DNA of 64,000 nucleotides from Candidatus Moraniibacteriota bacterium (GTDB lineage Bacteria > Patescibacteriota > Minisyncoccia > Moranbacterales > UBA1568). Below are positions 40,839 to 50,646 of the stretch, in pieces. The stretch spans positions 1,341 through 65,340 of the forward strand of contig JBPOIB010000001.1 of NCBI GenBank assembly GCA_052034935.1, read 5' to 3'. A program made the translations under genes and the position numbers. The notes beneath the pieces were generated by a model. The model saw only the letters and a list, made by a program, of their open reading frames with translations. It was not told where the DNA came from and did no database searches. Each line of letters opens with the position of its first letter. Within the stretch, counting starts at the first letter, position 1.

Positions 40839-42458
40839 CACGAGCTGACCACCGAGCGCCGCAATCGCCTCATCAATGATGGCGGGGCGTTTGGTTTCGA
40901 TGTTCGCCTTCTTTTCGGCCGCATCCTTTTCCGTCATGACGACCCACGGCGTCTGAAACCCCAAAATCGTAACAAAGGCCTGGTCCAGTGTCAATCGATT
41001 CGACTTCTGCTCGAGTCGCTCTTTATGAAAGGGATATTTCACTTGGAGGACGAACTTGTTTCCCTGGATGATGGGGACGACGGTCGAGAGGGCGACGCCG
41101 AGCGACGCATTTAACCGGAGTGCATGTGTCATGATGGCGGGCCATTGCCGGAGTGCAAGACCGAGGTCGACAACGGATTCATTCACCGGAGCTGCCTCTT
41201 CTGTAGCTGCCAGAGCGGGCGCGGATGGTGTTGTGACAGACTGAGCGGACTGTTTGGGAGGGGCTGGCGTTTCCTTTGGTTTTTCCGGAGTTGGGGCAGT
41301 TTTTTGATTTTGGACGGGAGCGTTCTGAGTTGGTTTCGACAATGTTGTTGGCTGAGTAGATGCTGGCTGGGCGGTTTGGATAAGCTTCACGAGTGCAATC
41401 TCGATCGGGAGTTCGGGTAAGGGTGAGACTTTGATTTGCCGGTCGGCTTCCTGGAAACGTTCGAGGCATTCCACGATGCGGTCGCTGCCGAGCATCGCCG
41501 CGAGCGTGAAGAGTTCGGCTTTTTCTTCTTTCGTAAAATCATCAATGAGTTTTTCGGCTGCGGTTTTGTCAGCCGAAGCGAAGAGGAGTTTCCGGAGGTA
41601 TTCGAGGAGCGAGAGCGTGAAATTACTGAGTTCGGCGCCAGCCTCTTTCATCTCAGAAACCGCCGCGAGGGCGCGCGCGAGGTCGCGTTCAGCGACGGCG
41701 GTGAGGAGGGTATGATTGGCGGCCAAGGTCGTCGTCCCGAGGAGGAGCGCCACCCGGCCGGCCTCGATCGGGGATTCTTCCAAAGTCGCGATTTGGGTGA
41801 AGAGGACTTCAGCGTCGCGCATACCACCCTGGGCGCTTCGTGCGATCACGGTGAGAGCCGCTTTATCGATTTTTATCTTTTCCGCCTTGGCGATCTTCTC
41901 CAGTTTCCCTACGATCACTTCGACGGGGAAACGGCGCAGATCGAGCCGGAGCGTGCGGGAAAGGATCGTCTCCGGAACTTTGGCGACATTGGTCGTGGCG
42001 AAGACGAAGACGACATGGGCTGGCGGCTCCTCGAGCGTCTTCAAAAGCGCGTTCCAGGCGCCGATCGAGAGCATATGAGCCTCGTCGATGATGTAGACCT
42101 TGTGGCTGCCGAGGACGGGGGCACTAGAAATCGTCTCGCGGAGTTCGCGGATGTGGTCGACGCCCGTATGGGATGCAGCATCGATTTCCATGATGTCGAG
42201 CGAGCGGTTCTCGGCCATGGCGAGACAATGGGTACATTTGCCACACGGCTCGAAACCTTTTCGGTTCGAACAGTTGAGGGCTTTAGCGAAAAGCCGCGCC
42301 AAGGTCGTCTTGCCGGTGCCGCGCGGTCCGGTGAAGAGGTAGGCATGGGCGAGCTTGCCGGTGACGAGGCTTTGAGTGAGGACAGTCACGGCTGTTTCCT
42401 GGCCGACGACGTCTTTGAATTGGAGCGGGCGATACTTGCGGTAAAAGGTTTCGGACAT
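40824..42458 (-). CDS. dnaX: DNA polymerase III gamma/tau subunit
   Basis: YRKYRP, GPRGTGKT, EIDAAS, IIDEAHML and LLKTLEEPP. Confidence 0.97.
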   Translation of the reverse strand: MSETFYRKYRPLQFKDVVGQETAVTVLTQSLVTGKLAHAYLFTGPRGTGKTTLARLFAKALNCSNRKGFEPCGKCTHCLAMAENRSLDIMEIDAASHTGVDHIRELRETISSAPVLGSHKVYIIDEAHMLSIGAWNALLKTLEEPPAHVVFVFATTNVAKVPETILSRTLRLDLRRFPVEVIVGKLEKIAKAEKIKIDKAALTVIARSAQGGMRDAEVLFTQIATLEESPIEAGRVALLLGTTTLAANHTLLTAVAERDLARALAAVSEMKEAGAELSNFTLSLLEYLRKLLFASADKTAAEKLIDDFTKEEKAELFTLAAMLGSDRIVECLERFQEADRQIKVSPLPELPIEIALVKLIQTAQPASTQPTTLSKPTQNAPVQNQKTAPTPEKPKETPAPPKQSAQSVTTPSAPALAATEEAAPVNESVVDLGLALRQWPAIMTHALRLNASLGVALSTVVPIIQGNKFVLQVKYPFHKERLEQKSNRLTLDQAFVTILGFQTPWVVMTEKDAAEKKANIETKRPAIIDEAIAALGGQLVTNES

Positions 42459-42606
42459 AGGGAATCAAAAAGTAGAGCCGTGACTCCTATTATACCGTTT
42501 CCGGTCGGGAGAAACAAAGCCCGATTTTCTCCTACGAAGACAGCACTGGCGTATGAAAAAACGGCACCGTGCGGTTGCGGTGCCGTCTGCTGGTCGAGCA
42601 CTTGGC

Positions 42607-43203
42607 TCAAGCGGCCAGCGCGACCTTCTCGGGAAAGTACTGCCTGAGACCGAGGGTTCGGCAAGCCGCGATGACCGGGTCGACTATCTGACGACCGGTG
42701 GAGTCATCCTCGTTGTAGTCGATCCGGATCCGAGGCGGCTGCTGTTGACCTCGCTCCTCCGGATCCGACCAACTGCCGATGGCAATCCGCACTTCGGCAT
42801 GCGTCACCATCGGCTTCGGGTGATGGCGATCGCGTGAGGCGAGCCGGAGATGGCCGACGTGGCCGAGGCCGACGTAGTGCGCGGCCAGATCGCGGGCGAG
42901 ACCGAGCGTCATCTCGCCGCAGTAAGCGGGGTTGCCCGCCTGGATGAAACACACTTCCTTGGGCACTTGATGCTGGCCGAAGATGGCCAGAATTTCGGGA
43001 AGCGGGACAGATATGCTGGTGAATTCAGCGATGAGCCGTCGTTCCCTGATGGTGAGCCGCGTCGCACGAGCGACCGGCTGCCGGTTTTCGTTCGAAGCAG
43101 TCAACATGCCGTCGAGGTAGGCCCAGTCACTCGGCAAGAGCTGGATGAGCTTCTTTCGTCCCTGCGCATCCAGGTCACTTTGGTCGAAGTGCAGTGTCTC
43201 CAT
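42607..43203 (-). CDS. Orphan hypothetical protein
   Basis: ATG after AAGGA; promoter TTGACT-16-TAGACT (43293-43266); terminator at 42556-42586. Confidence 0.65.
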   Translation of the reverse strand: METLHFDQSDLDAQGRKKLIQLLPSDWAYLDGMLTASNENRQPVARATRLTIRERRLIAEFTSISVPLPEILAIFGQHQVPKEVCFIQAGNPAYCGEMTLGLARDLAAHYVGLGHVGHLRLASRDRHHPKPMVTHAEVRIAIGSWSDPEERGQQQPPRIRIDYNEDDSTGRQIVDPVIAACRTLGLRQYFPEKVALAA

Positions 43204-43331
43204 GGAGTAGGTCCTTTCCGTGAGAGGAGAAGATAATGTCAACGAGCTGACGATGCAGCGGGAACAGTCTACAAGAGGAAATGAAAAAGTCAACGCTCGG
43301 CGCTGACTTCTCGTATGACGAATCTTCGAAT

Positions 43332-43811
43332 TTATTTTTTGAAGACGAAGAGTTTGTAACCGACGAAGTTCCAGACGAGCGAGAAGCCCGTGGCGAGGAG
43401 CTTAGCGACGATGACCCAGTTGGCATCGGAGATGCCGAGCATCGGCTGGGTGAAGGTCGTGATGACATAGACGACACCACTGTTGATGCTGATGCCAATG
43501 AGGCTGACGACGAAGAATTGAGAGAATTTGAACGGCTCCTTCTCGGTTCGAGTTTTGTCCTCGAACGTCCAGAACTTGTTCATGAAGTAGCTATTCACGA
43601 CGGCGACCGAGAAGGAAACAGCATTCAGGACGATGATGCCGACACCGCCAGTGATGCCAGTGACTCCGACGAGGACACGGAGAATGACGACATCGATACC
43701 AGTGTTGACGCCGCCGACGATGATGAACTTGGAGAATTGCTTGATGGTCCGGATGAACCATTCCTTCGAGAAACGGGCGACTTCAGGGCTCTGTACGGGG
43801 TTGATGTCCAT
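43332..43811 (-). CDS. GtrA family membrane protein
   Basis: KFIIVGGVNTGID, NSYFMNKFWTF and WNFVGYKLFVF. Confidence 0.92.
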   Translation of the reverse strand: MDINPVQSPEVARFSKEWFIRTIKQFSKFIIVGGVNTGIDVVILRVLVGVTGITGGVGIIVLNAVSFSVAVVNSYFMNKFWTFEDKTRTEKEPFKFSQFFVVSLIGISINSGVVYVITTFTQPMLGISDANWVIVAKLLATGFSLVWNFVGYKLFVFKK

Positions 43812-43846
43812 AGGTCTCTGTTGCGGCGGTGGGTTAGGTGATGATG

Positions 43847-44623
43847 TTAGCGTCCTTCGGCGATTTCCTTCTCGATGGCTTCCATGTCTTTGACCCACGC
43901 GTCGAGCGGGGAGGCATTGTTCGACGATTTCTCGGGAGCAGTGTTCGAAAACTCAATATCAGTGGTTGGCTTGGATTCTGGTATTTCTTCGTCGCCGAGT
44001 TCTTTCTTCCAATCAGCGCCAAGATGTCGTTCGCTCGGTTTCTTGACGGCTGGCGTCGGGACTCCGAGCGCTCCTTTCTGGAGAATATTCTCGATGGCGA
44101 CCCAGGAAGCCGTGAGGTCTCGTGGCATCATGACGGCGACTTCATCTCCGGGCTCGGCGCGGAAATAGGTGATGGAGGCAAGGAGGACGCGGAACGGTTC
44201 GCCCTCGACGACGATGTGGTAGTTCCCATTTTCATCCTGGCTGACGATGCCGATGGCATGGCGCCGATCAATTGGCCCGATCTGCTTATAAATGAATGAG
44301 CCATCCGGAGTGATGGTGAGTTTCAGCATATCGCCCTCGACGAGCTTCGATTTCGAAGCATAGTTCGCCGGAACGGGATACTGCTTGCCGTCGGTGCCGA
44401 GCATGATCTGGCCGTCGAAGGTACCCTCGATGACCGTACCCTCGGCGTCATCATCGATTTTTTTCGGCCGACCGGTTTTTTTCTTTCCTTCGATCTGGAG
44501 CAGCATTGCCTTGGCACCTTGGATGGTACGTTCGGCGTTCAGTATCATCTCGCGGAGCGCCTGTATCTTGGCGCCATGATCGGGAGAATTTTGACCGAGT
44601 GGATCGGTTTGGAGTTCTGTCAT
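43847..44623 (-). CDS. Conserved CPR hypothetical protein
   Basis: IEGTFDGQIM...YPVPANYASKSKLVEGD.LKL...YKQIGP, which I recognise as a recurrent Patescibacteria family. Confidence 0.8.
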   Translation of the reverse strand: MTELQTDPLGQNSPDHGAKIQALREMILNAERTIQGAKAMLLQIEGKKKTGRPKKIDDDAEGTVIEGTFDGQIMLGTDGKQYPVPANYASKSKLVEGDMLKLTITPDGSFIYKQIGPIDRRHAIGIVSQDENGNYHIVVEGEPFRVLLASITYFRAEPGDEVAVMMPRDLTASWVAIENILQKGALGVPTPAVKKPSERHLGADWKKELGDEEIPESKPTTDIEFSNTAPEKSSNNASPLDAWVKDMEAIEKEIAEGR

Positions 44624-44831
44624 AACAGATTTTATTTTGCTGTGTATTTTTTGACGTGACTTTCTTTTTTGCCGCGTCCGATGAAATTATACAAGAGAGC
44701 TTTGTCAATAGCAAACAAACAGTGGCGGAAGAACCGAGAAAAAGAGGATCTGGGAATGGACCCTTGACAAAATATAGTATTATGCGTTAATATGAGGCGT
44801 TCACAAATACCCTAATTCCAGAGGTTTTCTT

Positions 44832-45908
44832 ATGGCTAAGCGACGCAAAGCAATCGATCAGACCAACCTGTCAAGCGCTCACTCAGCTCTCGAGCTCTTG
44901 TCAGCGCTCCTTTCCTATTTTCCAGAACGTTCGGGCAAAATTGTTCATGACCGTTACGGTGTCAACGGCGGTACGGAAAAGACTCTGGAAGAAATCGGCC
45001 AGGCGCACGGTATCACGCGCGAACGCGTCCGCCAGATCGTCGATGTCATCATGAAGCGGGTCAAAGAAATTATGGCTCGCGAGCATGCTCATCCTTTGGT
45101 TAAGCGTGTCGTCAGCGTTGTGGAGGAACATGGCGGCATCATCACGGTCGATGAGCTTCTTGTGCATATTGGCAAGGGCAATATCGACGAGGCAAAGGCG
45201 CTCTTCTCGCTCCTCCCGTCCTTTCCAGGACTCAAGATCATGAAAGTGACCGACAAACATCATGCAATCGTGACGACTGCCGAGTTCTCTCTGCCGAAGT
45301 GGCAGCATACGATTTCGCTCGTGGTTGCTGTTCTCAAAGCAGCGGATGAGGTCCAGTCGCTCGAAGACCTCTATGCCCTCTACGCGAAAAAGCATGGCAA
45401 CGAGACGATCAACAAAGATGTGTTCGAAGCGCTACTCGCTCCGTCCGCCGAAATCGAAAAGAATGTTTTTGGCCGTTATGGCCTCGCTCACTGGAGCATG
45501 GTTCGGCCTCGCGGCACCCGCGAACGGGCTCATCTTATCCTGCAGGTGATGAGAAAGCCGCTCCATTTCCGCGAAATCGCTCGGCTCATCGATGAGCATG
45601 GCCTCTACAAATCTGACAAGAAGACACATCCACAGACCGTTCATAATGAACTCATCAAAGACGAGCGTTTCGTCCTGGTGGGCCGGGGGACCTATGCGCT
45701 TTCCGACTGGGGTTACCGTCCCGGCACGGTGCGCGAAGTCCTCTCGTCGATTCTGAAGGACAATGCTGAACCGATGTCGCGCGAAGAACTCCTCTCGGCG
45801 GTCATGAAAGTCCGACAGGTGAAACGCTCGACGGTCATCATCAATCTCAACAGCTTCTTCACGAAAGTGGGGAAAAATATCTACTCCGAGACGGAGAAGA
45901 AGAAATAA
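44832..45908 (+). CDS. Sigma70 region-4 / HARE-HTH (RNAP delta N-term-like) DNA-binding protein
   Basis: KTLEEIG...ITRERVRQI and PLHFREI...QTVHNELIKDERFVLVGRGTYAL. Confidence 0.85.
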   Translation: MAKRRKAIDQTNLSSAHSALELLSALLSYFPERSGKIVHDRYGVNGGTEKTLEEIGQAHGITRERVRQIVDVIMKRVKEIMAREHAHPLVKRVVSVVEEHGGIITVDELLVHIGKGNIDEAKALFSLLPSFPGLKIMKVTDKHHAIVTTAEFSLPKWQHTISLVVAVLKAADEVQSLEDLYALYAKKHGNETINKDVFEALLAPSAEIEKNVFGRYGLAHWSMVRPRGTRERAHLILQVMRKPLHFREIARLIDEHGLYKSDKKTHPQTVHNELIKDERFVLVGRGTYALSDWGYRPGTVREVLSSILKDNAEPMSREELLSAVMKVRQVKRSTVIINLNSFFTKVGKNIYSETEKKK

Positions 45909-46030
45909 GGCCCACTGCCCCGCCTCTTTGCGGGGCAGTCTTTATTTCTCCTGCTTTGCTCGCGCCCGGGAATTCTCTATACTGGAGAAATGAAGAGACA
46001 ACGCTCTCAATAAAAGAAACGTGAACCCGC

Positions 46031-47308
46031 ATGTTCGAACTTTTTAATAATATCGCGGTGGTCGCCGGCGTAGCGGCGGACGTATGGTTCTATATCATAC
46101 CGTTCGTACTCTATCCGATTTTCATGCTGCTCTGGGTCGACAGCCGCAACGATCAGTTTGGCGCCAAGATCCAGTGGGTCTTACTCGAGATCATTCCACC
46201 GAAAGAACTCGAGAAGAGCCCTCATCCGATGGAGCTCATCTTTTCTGGCTTCGCGGGCGTTATCAAGAGCCCGAGCACTTTCGAAGAATACGTCCTCGGT
46301 GATTTTCCGGCGAAGTTCTCGCTCGAGCTTGTGAGCACGGAAGGCCAGTTCCATATGTATGTCCGGACCCAGAAGCCGTTCCGGAATTTGGTCGAAGCTC
46401 ATTTCTACGCACAGTATCCGGGCGTCGAGATCGTCGAAGCTGAAGACTACACGAAGACGGTGCCGAAGACGGTGCCGAACCAGGACTGGGATTTGTGGGG
46501 GACCGAGTTCAAGCTTTTGAAGCACGACCTCTACCCGATCCGGACATACAAATTTTTCGAGGAGTCCGTCACCGGAAAAATGCTCGATCCCTTGGCGGGG
46601 CTCATCGAAACGATGGCCAAGATCGGCCCGGGCCAGCATCTCTGGCTGCAGTTCATCACTACTCCGGTGAAGGAAGACTGGGGACCGACCAAAGGGCAGG
46701 CCGCGATCGAAGAATTTCTCGGGCATGAGAAAGTCGAGAGTCCGGGCGTCTTTTCTCGCGTCTGGAACGATCTGGCGGATGTTTTCCGCAATCTCTTTTC
46801 GGGACTCCTCGGCGCCGAGCTGACGTGGACGAGTCTCGGCGAGGCAGCGAAGGCGGATGAAGCACCCGTCGAATTCCGATTGACGCCGGGGCAGAAGGAC
46901 ATCCTGAAGGCACTCGAGAGCAATATTGGCAAGCCGATGTTCCGGATCAAGATGCGTCACCTCTACATCGGAAAGAAAGAGCATTTTTCGAAGGCGACCG
47001 GCGTATCGGCATTCATCGGCGGCATCAAGCAGTTCAATGACCTCTCGCTCAATAGCATGGTCCCGGACGATCTCTCCAAGACCTATGCGAGCTATCTTTT
47101 CGTGGAACCGCGGCTTCGCTACCGTCAGCGTCGGTTATTTCGTCGCTATATCACGCGCGACGGCGAGCCGGGAGAGAATCAATTCCTGTTTTCTTCCGAA
47201 GAATTGGCGACTATTTTCCATCTTCCGGACATGCAGGTGCTCGCGCCGACGCTTTCCCGCGTGGCGACCAAGCGCGGTGGTGCCCCCAGCAATTTGCCGG
47301 TACAATGA
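46031..47308 (+). CDS. Membrane-anchored partner of the VirD4-like ATPase
   Basis: N-terminal TM; LLEIIPP, FSLEL, YAQYP, YPIRTY and EELATIFHLP motifs; directly upstream of the ATPase. Confidence 0.75.
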   Translation: MFELFNNIAVVAGVAADVWFYIIPFVLYPIFMLLWVDSRNDQFGAKIQWVLLEIIPPKELEKSPHPMELIFSGFAGVIKSPSTFEEYVLGDFPAKFSLELVSTEGQFHMYVRTQKPFRNLVEAHFYAQYPGVEIVEAEDYTKTVPKTVPNQDWDLWGTEFKLLKHDLYPIRTYKFFEESVTGKMLDPLAGLIETMAKIGPGQHLWLQFITTPVKEDWGPTKGQAAIEEFLGHEKVESPGVFSRVWNDLADVFRNLFSGLLGAELTWTSLGEAAKADEAPVEFRLTPGQKDILKALESNIGKPMFRIKMRHLYIGKKEHFSKATGVSAFIGGIKQFNDLSLNSMVPDDLSKTYASYLFVEPRLRYRQRRLFRRYITRDGEPGENQFLFSSEELATIFHLPDMQVLAPTLSRVATKRGGAPSNLPVQ

Positions 47309-47361
47309 TGAGCATGCTCCTCGTCCGTTTTCGAACGCCTTTTTAAAGATCAACGCATCTT

Positions 47362-49473
47362 ATGTCCGAGCACAATGACAATCCGATCACCGTTTTCGCC
47401 AAGACGAATTTCCGCAATGAGGAGCGCGTTTTCGGCATCAAGGCCGATGATCGTCGTCGGCACATGTATCTCCTCGGTAAGACGGGTATGGGCAAGACGA
47501 ACCTCTTGGAGAATCTCGCCATCCAGGATATCCAGCAGGGCCATGGCATCTGCTTCATCGACCCGCACGGCGATGTCGCGCTGAAGCTCATTAAAGCGAT
47601 TCCGCCCGAGCGCATCAACGACGTCATCTATTTCGATCCGGCGGACCAGGCCTATCCGATCGCCTTCAATGTGCTCGAACAGGTGAGCGCAGACCAGCGC
47701 TCGCTCGTGGCATCAGGTCTGGTCGGTGTTTTCAAGAAGATCTGGGCTGATTCGTGGGGGCCGCGGCTCGAGTACATTCTCCGGAACGCGATTCTCGCCC
47801 TCCTCGAGTATCCGGGGTCGAGCCTCCTCGGAGTGATGCGCATCCTCGTTGACAAGAGCTATCGCGAGCGCGTTACGGAAAAGGTGACGGACCCGGTCGT
47901 AAAGCAGTTCTGGACAGTGGAATTCGCCGGCTGGAACGAGCGGACACTCCAGGAAGTCATCTCGCCGATCCAGAACAAGGTCGGACAGTTTACCTCGAAT
48001 GCTCTCATCCGAAACATCATCGGCCAGCCGACGAGTGCTTTCGATGTGCGCGACATCATGGATAACAAGAAGATTCTCATCATGAATCTCGCCAAAGGCA
48101 AGATCGGTGAAGACTCGAGCGCACTCCTCGGTGCCATGATGATCACGAAAATCCAGCTCGCCGCCATGGGCCGAGCCGATATTCCCGAGGAGGAACGAAA
48201 AGACTTTTATCTCTACGTCGATGAGTTCCAGAACTTCGCGACTGATTCCTTTGCGAACATCCTTTCCGAAGCGCGTAAGTACCGATTGTCGCTCATTCTA
48301 GCCAATCAGTACATCATGCAGCTCGAGGAGAAGGTGAGCGACGCGGTCTTCGGCAACTGTGGCACGATCATTTCGTTCCGAGTTGGCGCGGCTGATGCCG
48401 AACTTCTCGAGAAGGAGTTCGAGCCGGTCTTCATGATGAATGACTTCGTCAATCTGCCGAAGTATCAGATTTATCTGAAGCTGATGATTGATGGTATCGC
48501 GGGCGATGCGTTCTCGGCGACGACTCTGCCACCGATTATCGTCGAGACACCGGGCATTGATGAAAAGGTTATCGCGGTGACACGCGAACGCTATGCGGCC
48601 TCGCAGGCGGAAGTGGAAGAAAAGATCCGTCGTTGGACGGGCATGCTTTCCGAGGAAGAAAAACAAGCGCTCCGAGTTTCGGTGACCTCAGCTGCTGCGT
48701 CGGTGCCTCGTCCTGACGTCGCCGCACCTCGGCCAGCCGCGCGTGAGCGAGTAAGGCCGGAGACACCCTTACCCCCAGAGAAAAAACGCCCTAAACCGAT
48801 AGTGAAACCAGCCCCCCCAAAGCCGGTCCCAGTCGTAAGCGCACCGGAACCAATCGAAGAAGTTTCATTGGCCGAAGAGGTACCAGAGCCGGCTCTCGTC
48901 GTTGAACCGGTTACTGTACCGGCTCCAAAGCCAACGGAAAAACCGAAATCGGTAGTTAAGCCAATTCTCCGCCCAGCGCCGGTTGCTCCGAGCGCGGTCG
49001 AAACCGATCCAACGCCGATCGAAGCAGAGGAAGAATTTGTCCCTGTTGAGGAACCAACCACAGAAGCGGTACCGGAGAAAGTCCTCTATCCGGCCGTATG
49101 CGCAACCTGCGGACTGGAAATCGAAGTGCCTTTTCCGCCTGATCCAGCGCGGCCGACATTCTGCAAAGATTGTCTCCGTGACTATCAGCGAGCGGTCGCG
49201 AAAGAGAAGCAGGTCCTCGCCGAGAAGTCTCCTCCAGCTCCCGCCGCCGCAGGGCGGCAGTCATCACGGGTTTCCCTTGAACGGACCAGCCGACCGAAGA
49301 CAACTCAGGTCCGGTCATATGCTTCAGCCGAGCGGCCAATGAGTCTTGCTCAGGTGCAGCATATCGAACCGAAGAAATTCAAGGCCCTTCGGCGCAAACC
49401 CGATATCAATGTCGATGCCGTCCGGGCGATTATCGACGGCGCGCGGCAGCAGAAAGACGAGACGGGGGAATAG
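47362..49473 (+). CDS. TraG/VirD4/HerA-like coupling ATPase with Pro-rich linker and CxxC-x17-CxxC domain
   Basis: GKTGMGKT, IDPHGD, LYVDEFQ and EARKYRL; C-terminal CATC...PF.P...RPTFCKDC. Confidence 0.88.
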   Translation: MSEHNDNPITVFAKTNFRNEERVFGIKADDRRRHMYLLGKTGMGKTNLLENLAIQDIQQGHGICFIDPHGDVALKLIKAIPPERINDVIYFDPADQAYPIAFNVLEQVSADQRSLVASGLVGVFKKIWADSWGPRLEYILRNAILALLEYPGSSLLGVMRILVDKSYRERVTEKVTDPVVKQFWTVEFAGWNERTLQEVISPIQNKVGQFTSNALIRNIIGQPTSAFDVRDIMDNKKILIMNLAKGKIGEDSSALLGAMMITKIQLAAMGRADIPEEERKDFYLYVDEFQNFATDSFANILSEARKYRLSLILANQYIMQLEEKVSDAVFGNCGTIISFRVGAADAELLEKEFEPVFMMNDFVNLPKYQIYLKLMIDGIAGDAFSATTLPPIIVETPGIDEKVIAVTRERYAASQAEVEEKIRRWTGMLSEEEKQALRVSVTSAAASVPRPDVAAPRPAARERVRPETPLPPEKKRPKPIVKPAPPKPVPVVSAPEPIEEVSLAEEVPEPALVVEPVTVPAPKPTEKPKSVVKPILRPAPVAPSAVETDPTPIEAEEEFVPVEEPTTEAVPEKVLYPAVCATCGLEIEVPFPPDPARPTFCKDCLRDYQRAVAKEKQVLAEKSPPAPAAAGRQSSRVSLERTSRPKTTQVRSYASAERPMSLAQVQHIEPKKFKALRRKPDINVDAVRAIIDGARQQKDETGE

Positions 49474-49560
49474 CGAGATTGACTCTCTCTTTGCTTCGCG
49501 TTAGACTGTTCTCCTCTTTGGAATTCGGAAGGATTTTGATTTTTCAGTTTGGATGCCCGT

Positions 49561-50637
49561 ATGACCGAAAAGAAACAGGAAAAGGTCGCCGTCCTTGTCT
49601 CGGGCGGCGTTGATAGCTCAGTCGCGCTCGCTCTCCTCAAAGAGGCGGGTTTCGATGTTACGGCGTTCTATATCAAGATCTGGCTTGAGGATGAGCTTGC
49701 ATTTCTCGGTGACTGTCCTTGGGAAGAAGACCTGCAACACGTCCGGGCGGTGACGAAACAACTGAGTGTTCCGCTCGAGATCGTGCCGCTTCAGAAAGAA
49801 TACTGGGAGCGTGTCGTCGCCGAGGCGATAAGCGAAGTGAAAGCCGGCCGGACACCGAATCCGGATATGCTTTGCAATGCGCGGATAAAATTTGGCGCAT
49901 TCTGGGACGTGATCGGGGACGGCTATGCCAAGGTCGCAACGGGTCACTATGCAGCGGTCGAAGAGAAGAATGGAACATTCTTCCTGAAGAAGACACCGGA
50001 TCCTGTAAAAGACCAGACTTATTTCCTCTCTCAGCTCTCCAAAGCGCAGCTGTCTCGGGCGCTGCTTCCTATCGGTCGGTATACAAAACCGGAAGTGCGT
50101 GCGCTCGCTGAGAAGTTCGCGCTGCCGAACGCGAAGCGTAAAGACAGTCAGGGAATCTGCTTCCTGGGGAAAATACCGTTCGATGAGTTTCTCCGGCATC
50201 ATCTCGGCGAAAAGCCGGGACCGATCGTCGAATTCGAAACCGGAAAAACAATTGGGGAGCACAAAGGCTTCTGGTATTTCACGATTGGGCAGCGTGAGGG
50301 TCTCGGGCTTTCAGGCGGCCCCTGGTATGTCGTCGGCAAGGATGCGGCGGCCAATACGGTTTTCATTTCTCATGCAGAGCATCGATCGGAGCGGGCACGA
50401 ACAAACTTCGTTGTTCGCGACCTGAATTGGTTCAATGAGAAGCCGGAAGACGGCGCCGAACTCTCGGTGAAACTTCGGCATGGACCGAAAGAATACGTAG
50501 TCCAGGTCCAGTGGCAGGATGAAAAATCGCTCGAAGTCTTTCTCCAAAAGGAAACCGATGCCGGGATTGCGCCGGGTCAGTATGCAGTGTTTTACCGCGG
50601 TGAGTATTGTTTAGGCGGCGGGATAATTGCATTGTAA
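49561..50637 (+). CDS. mnmA: tRNA 2-thiouridylase
   Basis: SGGVDS, TPNPDMLCN, ATGHYA, KDQTYFL, DSQGICF and APGQ. Confidence 0.97.
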   Translation: MTEKKQEKVAVLVSGGVDSSVALALLKEAGFDVTAFYIKIWLEDELAFLGDCPWEEDLQHVRAVTKQLSVPLEIVPLQKEYWERVVAEAISEVKAGRTPNPDMLCNARIKFGAFWDVIGDGYAKVATGHYAAVEEKNGTFFLKKTPDPVKDQTYFLSQLSKAQLSRALLPIGRYTKPEVRALAEKFALPNAKRKDSQGICFLGKIPFDEFLRHHLGEKPGPIVEFETGKTIGEHKGFWYFTIGQREGLGLSGGPWYVVGKDAAANTVFISHAEHRSERARTNFVVRDLNWFNEKPEDGAELSVKLRHGPKEYVVQVQWQDEKSLEVFLQKETDAGIAPGQYAVFYRGEYCLGGGIIAL

Positions 50638-50646
50638 ATATAGAGG

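Noticed and set aside
41436-42647. 403-aa plus-strand ORF
   Set aside because: Antisense shadow of dnaX with no motif. The same applies to 18842..19693, 46181..46984 and 58748..59860.
43281-43841. Highly acidic 186-aa ORF
   Set aside because: Antisense of the hydrophobic GtrA gene; GTC/ATC/TTC codons read as Asp/Glu on the other strand.
45914-45945. ACTGCCCCGC/GCGGGGCAGT hairpin as a fourth IR-family copy
   Set aside because: It lacks the GTTA core and sits right after a stop codon, so it is better explained as a terminator.
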